A stretch of 64,000 nt of DNA, taken from Macrostomum lignano. Lineage: Eukaryota. A model generated the notes under the pieces. That model was not told where the DNA came from, did not search any database, and was given only the letters and a program-made list of their open reading frames with translations. Where the stretch lies: contig NIVC01000755.1 of NCBI GenBank assembly GCA_002269645.1, positions 1-64,000 of the forward strand, given 5' to 3'. Positions within the stretch are counted from its first letter, which is position 1. Every line of letters begins with the position of its first letter. Made by a program: the position numbers and the translations under genes. Below are positions 48,815 to 64,000 of this stretch, piece by piece.

Positions 48815-49225
48815 TAACAGATGACAGCATCTGTCTAATGGGTGACAGCATCTGTCTAATGGGTGACAGCATCTGTCTAATGGGTGACAGCATCTGTCTA
48901 ATGGGTGACAGCATCTGTCTAATGGGTGACAGCATCTGTCTAACAGGTGACAGCATCTGTCTAATGGGTGACAGCATCTGTCTAATGGGTGACAGCATCT
49001 GTCTAACAGGTGACAGCATCTGTCTAATGGGTGACAGCATCTGTCTAATGGGTGACAGCATCTGTCTAATGGGTGACAGTATCTGTCTAATAGGTGACAG
49101 CATCTGTCTAATAGGTGACAGCATCTGTCTAACAGGTGACAGTAGATGTCTAACAGGTGACAGTAGATGTCTAACAGCTGACAGTAGATGTCTAACAATT
49201 AACATCATCTATCTAACAGGTGACA
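48815..49225. repeat. 21-bp minisatellite (GGTGACAGCATCTGTCTAATG)
   Basis: Direct periodicity. Confidence 0.95.
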
Positions 49226-49954
49226 GGTAACTATAAATGCACCCAAGACCGGCCTGATACTTGCTCACCTGTCATAGCTAAAATCTCGCAGTTTAACCAG
49301 AGTCTGTAGCCTGCAACGACAATTGTTGCAGTAATTTGATTGACATCCGTCAATTGTGCTTAATGCTTTTAATTCGCTTATTGACATTGTTGTTAAATTC
49401 TGTATGCTTAGTCTTCTTGTTCTAACTTCAACCAGTATAAGTTGCCTAGCCACCGCCAACGAGTAGCAGGTTTTACGAGTTAAATACAATATACAGTTTT
49501 AAAGGTAGTTTTTTAACTAAAAATACACACACAGTATTGTAATTTCAACCATAGACATTTAGAAATGCAATAAAAATAGATTAAGAAACTTCTCAAACTG
49601 TCTTGCAAAATGGGGGCATGTAAAGTACTCAGGATTTAAATAAATTAATAATTAATAAAGCTTTCTATTGTTAAGAAAAAACAAAAGGCACTTAGTGGCG
49701 TTATCCAGACTTGATAAAGCGTGTACATCGATTGCTGTCCTAATGTACATTGGCTAGCGTGACTGAGAGAATGTACATTGCTAAGGAAAGGCAATATTGA
49801 GGGGTGGGAAAGCTTTCTATTATTAACAAAAAGAAAGACACTTAGTGGCTTTGACTTCGTTAAACGATTGCTGTACTAATAATGTACATTAGCTAGAGCG
49901 ACTAAGAGAATGTACATCGTTGAGGAAGGCAATAGGGGTGGGCTATCGATTGGT

Positions 49955-50545
49955 ATGGAGCGGATCGGATTGCGAAGGCTTGGGGCGGATTGGAGAGGGT
50001 GGGAGCGGATTGGAGAGGGTGGGAGCGGATTGGAGAGGGTGGGAGCGGATCGGAGAGGGTTGGAGCGGATCGGAAAGGGTTGGAGCGGATCGGAGAGGGT
50101 TGGAGCGGATCGGAAAGGGTTGGAGCGGATCAGAGAGGGTTGGAGCGGATCGGAGAGGGTTGGAGCGGATCGGAGAGGGTGGGAGCGGATCGGAGAGGGT
50201 GGGAGCGGATCGGAGAGGGTGGGAGCGGATCGGAGAGGGTTGGAGCGGATCAGAGAGGGTGGGAGCGGATCGGAGAGGGTGGGAGCGGATCGGAGAGGGT
50301 GGGAGCGGATCGGAGAGGGTTGGAGCGGATCGGAGAGGGTTGGAGCGGATTGGAGAGGGTTGGAGCGGATCAGAGAGGGTGGGAGCGGATCGGAGAGGGT
50401 GGGAGCGGATCGGAGAGGGTGGGAGCGGATCGGAGAGGGTGGGAGCGGATCGGAGAGGGTTGGAGCGGATCGGAGAGGGTTGGAGCGGATCGGATAGGGT
50501 TGGAGCGGATCGGATAGGGTTGGAGCGGATCGGAGAGGGTTGCAG
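49955..50545. repeat. 20-bp minisatellite (GGAGCGGATCGGAGAGGGTT)
   Basis: Direct periodicity. Confidence 0.95.
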
Positions 50546-50959
50546 CAGATGCAAAGACGACTCAGCCACCAATGAAGGCCAGCGGTAAACAAGTCTCGCA
50601 AGAACAGATAGAAAGAGGAAACGGGACTCGCGTCAAGACCCCTGGTTCTATTAATCACATAGATTCTATGCATACATAGGTTCTATTAATCATATCTCAC
50701 ATAAATTTGAGAGTATACAATGTGCATATCAGCCTAATGTCTGCCCCATAGCATATTGCTTTTTCTTTCTCGTCTGTGAGTGACACGTCGAACGCGAAAG
50801 CTACATTGTCTATGGCCTGAACCTTGATCTAATCACCATCAAATACAGGAAATAATTAAGCCTCAAAGCCCAAACTAACCGCAATCTTTTATCTGAGCAT
50901 CTTTTTGAGTTCGTCATTTTGCATTTTGAGCAAAGAAAACAACTTCTTTAAGAGACGCG

Positions 50960-58958
<7,999 letters not shown>

Positions 58959-59479
58959 ACTTGGCATTTGAGTCGGCCATCAACCCCTAAATTTCTGCAC
59001 TGAAAAGCAACACTGGCCAATAATTCCAAAATGAAATTTCTTCTAAGCTAAAACAGACGATTCCGTGACACTCGCTGCACAAAAACTTCGCTCTCAACTC
59101 AAAGCTTTGAAAGTCTTGAGTAGTCATCGTCTTTGTTATTTTCCTTCTCGATGCATTCTTGCTTAAAAGTTTTTTTTATAAAATCTGCGAGACAACGTCC
59201 AATTAAACTGTTTCTTTTTGGCTAACAATGTCTAATGATTATTTATTTTCCCGCCTAATACCCGCTTTGCTGTCGTTTGCGTAACATTTGTCTAGAGAAA
59301 GAAAGCACAATGCATTCATACTTGCTTTCCCGGCTCGATTGAAAGCGGTCGGGCTTTGCCACCCGTTTAATTCCATTTAGTACACATCTGTTTAGCAGCT
59401 TCCATCATTATCTTTAAGTCTGTATGAAATATTTTCTTTTCTCTCTTGACTGGTCATTTATTTTTGTCTATGGAAAGTC

Positions 59480-59945
59480 AGCCAGCCAATAGAATCCGAC
59501 TGGGGGGAAGAAATGTATTGCGATCAGCCAGCCAATAAAATCTGGCTGAGAGGAATAAATATATTGGCGATGTATGGAAAGTCAGCCAGCCAATAAAATC
59601 CGACTAAGGAGAAGGAATGTATTAGTGATACATGGAAAGTCAGACAGCCAATAGAATCCGACTGAGGGGAAGGAATGTATTGGTGATACATGGAAAGTCA
59701 GACAGCCAATAGAATCCGACTGAGGGGAAGGAATGTATTGGCGATGTACGGAAATTCGGCCAGCCAATAGAATCTGACTGAGGGGAAGGAATGTATTGGC
59801 GATGTATGGAAAGTCAGCCAGCCAATAGAATCTGGCTGAGAGGAAGGAATATATTGGCGATGTGTGGAAAGTCAGCCAGCCAATAGAGTCCTACTGGGGG
59901 AAGGAATGTATTGGTGATATGCAAGTTAGCCAGCCAATAGAAATC
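59480..59945. repeat. ~58-bp minisatellite containing CCAAT and ATTGG
   Basis: About 8 units of GTATGGAAAGTCAGCCAGCCAATAGAATCCGACTGAGGGGAAGGAATGTATTGGCGAT. Confidence 0.9.
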
Positions 59946-60589
59946 CAATAATAAAGATAAGGATTATAAAAAATTGCAGGTAGGCTTGCGACACCTTTGG
60001 TTGTCATTGCGACACCTTGGCTTGTCATGCCTTTGGTGACAGCGGCCCGTTGACTTTATAATCGTCAGGCATGTACGCTTTGCTCTGTCCCTGTCGGAGA
60101 GGACGTTTGGTACTTTCTAACGGGTCAGAAAAACTTTTCGTAGTCTTGAAAGAATTTAAAACGCCTACAAAGTTAGCTGCCATCACACTCGGCTAGACTA
60201 TGTGGCTTCTATTTAGGAACCCTGGCCGAAAGCAGTTCTCACCGAGGTTCTCAGCCTCCTCGAATCGACAATAAAATAGAAACGCACTTACACCGTCTAC
60301 GTTTACGGTAATAATAAAATTTTCTATTTTTAAAAGTGGTGTAGAACACCAGTGAGAACGAGTTGGCTACTAGACACTTAGGCTGGAAATTTCAGATAGA
60401 TAAATTAACCATTGGCTTGCGTTCTGAATTGCGTTCTGGTGAATTTCTCCAAAACTGAAGGCTGAATTGAGAACTGGGAGAAGCTTTCATTTTCTTTTCT
60501 TAATTCTGCAGATCAGTTTGTTGCTATATAAAGGCAAGTGTGCATTTTTTCTAACTTTAAGAAACCCAATAAAATTATCCGTCGAAACA

Positions 60590-61330
60590 TACCATGAGAA
60601 CACCCCATGAGAACACCCCATGAGAACACCCCATGAGAACACCCCATGAGAACACCCCATGAGAACACCCTATGAGAACACCCCATGAGAACACCCCATG
60701 AGAACACCCCATGAGAACACCCCATGAGAACACCCCATGAGAACACCCCATGAGAACACCCCATGAGAACACCCCATGAGAACACCCCATGAGAACACCC
60801 CATGAGAACACCCCATGAGAACACGCCATGAAAAACACACCATGAGAACACTCCATGAGAACACCCCATGAGAACACCCCATGAGAACACCCCATGAGAA
60901 CACCCCATGAGAACACCCCATGAGAACACGCCATGAAAAACACCCCATGAGAACAACCCATGAGAACACCCCATGAGAACACCCCATGAGAACACCCCAT
61001 GAGAACACGCCATGAAAAACACCCCATGAGAACAACCCATGAGAACACCCCATGAGAACACCCCATGAGAACACCCCATGAGAACACGCCATGAAAAACA
61101 CCCCATGAGAACAACCCATGAGAACACCCCATGAGAACACCCCATGAGAACACCACATGAGAACACGCCATGAAAAACACCCCATGAGAACAACCCATGA
61201 GAACACCCCATGAGAACACCCTATGAGAACACCCCATGAGAACACCCCATGAGAACACGCCATGAAAAACACCCCATGAGAACAACCCATGAGAACATCA
61301 CATAAGAACACCTCGTGAACACCAAATGAG
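60590..61330. repeat. 14-bp minisatellite (CATGAGAACACCCC)
   Basis: Direct periodicity. Confidence 0.95.
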
Positions 61331-61994
61331 AACTTTTTCTCATGAGAATACCAAATGAGAACATCTCTCTCCCCTGAAAACAGTCCTAAAACACAGGTAG
61401 TCTACACATACAAGGACCAGCATTCGATAACACTTCTGCAAGTCCATTCGATTAAAAATTACTGCACGTACAGAAAACTGCATAGTTAGAAAAATAAGAC
61501 TCGGCAGCTTCGGCTACGACTGCAGTAAATGCAAACGAATATCCATATATGTCTAACTGTTATTTCTGCTATATCCTTTTCTGCAAATCAGGAATGCTGT
61601 AAAGGTCATAAAAATGTCAGCATTCTCTACGAATTCAGTGCTGTCTATCTCTGTTGCTCACCCTCTATCTATCCCTCTCTCCCCCTCTCCCTCTCTCCCC
61701 CTCTCCCTCTCTCCCCCTCTCCTCTCTCCTCTTCCCCTCTTCCTCTTTCACCCAATAAAGATTATACGAGCGTACGCTCGTAGTTTCGCGTGATTTCAAG
61801 CTGCTGTAATATCACGTATCGTTAGATTTACCAGCAGCTGCACTTATCAGCCTGCGGCAACCATTTTAAGCACTGAACTGGAGTGCGCAATAGAGGATTC
61901 ATACTAGTATTTATTTATTAGCAAATGGTATGGCTCATTGGTTCTTAAGGACTATTATAGGAACTGCATTATATGAGAAACACGAACAGAAAAA

Positions 61995-62023
61995 CACACA
62001 GACAGACAGACAGACAGACAGTC

Positions 62024-62056
<33 letters not shown>

Positions 62057-62079
62057 CTAAGACAGACAGACAGACAGTC

Positions 62080-62110
<31 letters not shown>

Positions 62111-62207
62111 AAGACAGAGACAGACAGACAAACAAACAGACACACACACAGACACAGACAGACAGACAGACAGACAGACACTAAGACAGACAGACAGACA
62201 GACACTA

Positions 62208-62260
<53 letters not shown>

Positions 62261-62263
62261 CTA

Positions 62264-62312
<49 letters not shown>

Positions 62313-62399
62313 CTAAGACAGACAGACAGACAGACACTAAGACAGACAGACAGACAGACAGACACTAAGACAGACAGACAGACAGACAGACAGACACTA

Positions 62400-62484
<85 letters not shown>

Positions 62485-62520
62485 CTAAGACAGACAGACA
62501 CTAAGACAGACAGACAGACA
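61995..62520. repeat. (GACA)n with CACTAAG interruptions
   Basis: Tetranucleotide run. Confidence 0.96.
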
Positions 62521-62639
62521 GAGTTAGGATTCACCTAAAGACATCGGTATCTTGGCTCGTCACTTGCAGTTAATACCGACACTGCGTAACGGACCCAATC
62601 GACAATGTCTGACAACAAAAGCGGTCAAGTTAACTACTG

Positions 62640-63218
62640 ATGGCAACTGGCACCGCACCGTCATGTGGCCACTGCAATCACAGCGGCAATGATACAGCAA
62701 TAATCGAGGCTTACCTTGCGTCAATCAGTTCAATTCACCTGGCGAAGCTTCTATCTGCAGCGCTGTTCGTGCTGATGAACCTGACTGCTGGCCTGGCTCT
62801 GGCACTGTGCATCTGCCACTGCCGACGAAATCAACTGGTTCGCTCACTGACTAACGCAGGCTCCCTGCTAATCGACAGTTGCTGCTGCTGTTGCTCTAGC
62901 AGGGGCAGCAACTCACAGTTGCAGATTCTGTCAACCCAAAGCGGCAGATGCTGTCTACAAAAGCAACAACCAGACGTAAAAGCAGTTTCTGACAGCAGAA
63001 GATTTTCAATCAAAAAAGCAAATTACTTTCGCAGTTCACGATCAAATCAACTGAATTCTACGCTTGCCAATACAGACTTTGATGAAGAGGCGGATAAGGT
63101 CAGTGGAAGCTGCAGCAGCAGCAGCAGCGAAGGACTCAGCGAAATCTGCGAACTTTTAGATGCTAGAAGATTTACCTGCGGTCAAGAGACTGAAAGTACT
63201 GTGGTGCCGTCTGTGTGA
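62640..63218 (+). CDS. Probable single-pass (type III-like) membrane protein, 192 aa
   Basis: Non-repetitive ORF: N-terminal NHS/NDT sequons, a hydrophobic segment (LLSAALFVLMNLTAGLALALCIC), juxtamembrane Cys/Arg, a CCCCC cluster and a Ser-rich tail. Acceptor-like CTTGCAG at 62563-62569 upstream. Confidence 0.55.
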   Translation: MATGTAPSCGHCNHSGNDTAIIEAYLASISSIHLAKLLSAALFVLMNLTAGLALALCICHCRRNQLVRSLTNAGSLLIDSCCCCCSSRGSNSQLQILSTQSGRCCLQKQQPDVKAVSDSRRFSIKKANYFRSSRSNQLNSTLANTDFDEEADKVSGSCSSSSSEGLSEICELLDARRFTCGQETESTVVPSV

Positions 63219-63239
63219 TGCCACTCCACTGCACAACGA

Positions 63240-63590
63240 CTCCCTCACCTCCATAACATCTCCCTCACCTCCATAACATCTCCCTCACCTCCATAACATC
63301 TCCCTCACCTCCATAACATCTCCCTCACCTCCATAACATCTCCCTCACCTCAATAACATCTCCCTTACGTCCATAACATCTCCCTCACCTCCATAACATC
63401 TCCCTCACCTCCGTAACACATCCCTCACCTCCATAACATCTCCCTCACCTCCATAACATCTCCCTCACCTCCATAACATCTCCCTCACCTCCATAACATC
63501 TCCCTCACCTCCATAACATCTCCCTCACCTCCATTAACATATCCCTCACCTCCATAGCATCTCCCTCACCTCCATAACATCTCCTTCACC
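63240..63590. repeat. 20-bp minisatellite (CTCACCTCCATAACATCTCC)
   Basis: Direct periodicity. Confidence 0.95.
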
Positions 63591-64000
63591 TGTAATGCAG
63601 TTGCTTCTACTTTAATTAAATTTATTTATTGGATTTATATTTTCATTTTGCATTCCCTCATTTATAAACTATAAAAAGTAAGTTTTGCAGTATTTGCAGT
63701 ATTCGTGCATTAAATACTACTTACTGCTTGCCATTTCGTTGATTCACGACTTTAGTAAAGAACAATAAAACTAAATAGACTACTTCTAGTAAGGTGCATG
63801 AAAAACTACCTTTTAGATTTGTTTTATTAATTGATGTTTTCTTATTCAGATTTGAAAAGACAGTGGAGGAAAAATTAGAATCAAATGTACAATTTGGTAG
63901 AAAATTTCTTACTGAAATAGGGACAAAAAGGTTAGTAATTAACAGATTGCAGTTCGTTCCGCGCACAGAGGGAATAAATTAGTTATTCCAAAAATTTACC

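Overview
Eukaryotic (metazoan) genomic DNA with GT-AG introns, no prokaryotic operons and no CRISPR array. The style (GC-rich exons, nearly every larger intron filled by its own minisatellite) suggests the flatworm Macrostomum, but that assignment is inference only. Manual splicing yields these genes: (1) the first coding exon of a Shaw/Kv3 potassium channel (minus strand, T1 domain, with indels); (2) a 7-exon ANKRD6/Diversin-like ankyrin protein of about 769 aa (+); (3) a single-exon MS4A/CD20-like 4-TM protein (+); (4) a 3-exon orphan (minus); (5 and 6) a head-to-head pair of paralogues of a family I cannot name, sharing a ~250-aa domain with conserved intron phases and an RBD/ubiquitin-like segment; (7) a probable single-pass membrane protein (+). 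Mobile DNA comprises a decayed RT-less Ty3/Gypsy relic, an ~860-bp insertion with a 19-bp target-site duplication, a 192-bp MITE and a tRNA-derived CORE-type SINE. About 45 micro/minisatellite arrays explain most of the long ORFs in the supplied track. The best candidates for novelty are the divergent paralogue pair and the intron-by-intron minisatellite architecture, several units of which carry splice-signal-like cores.
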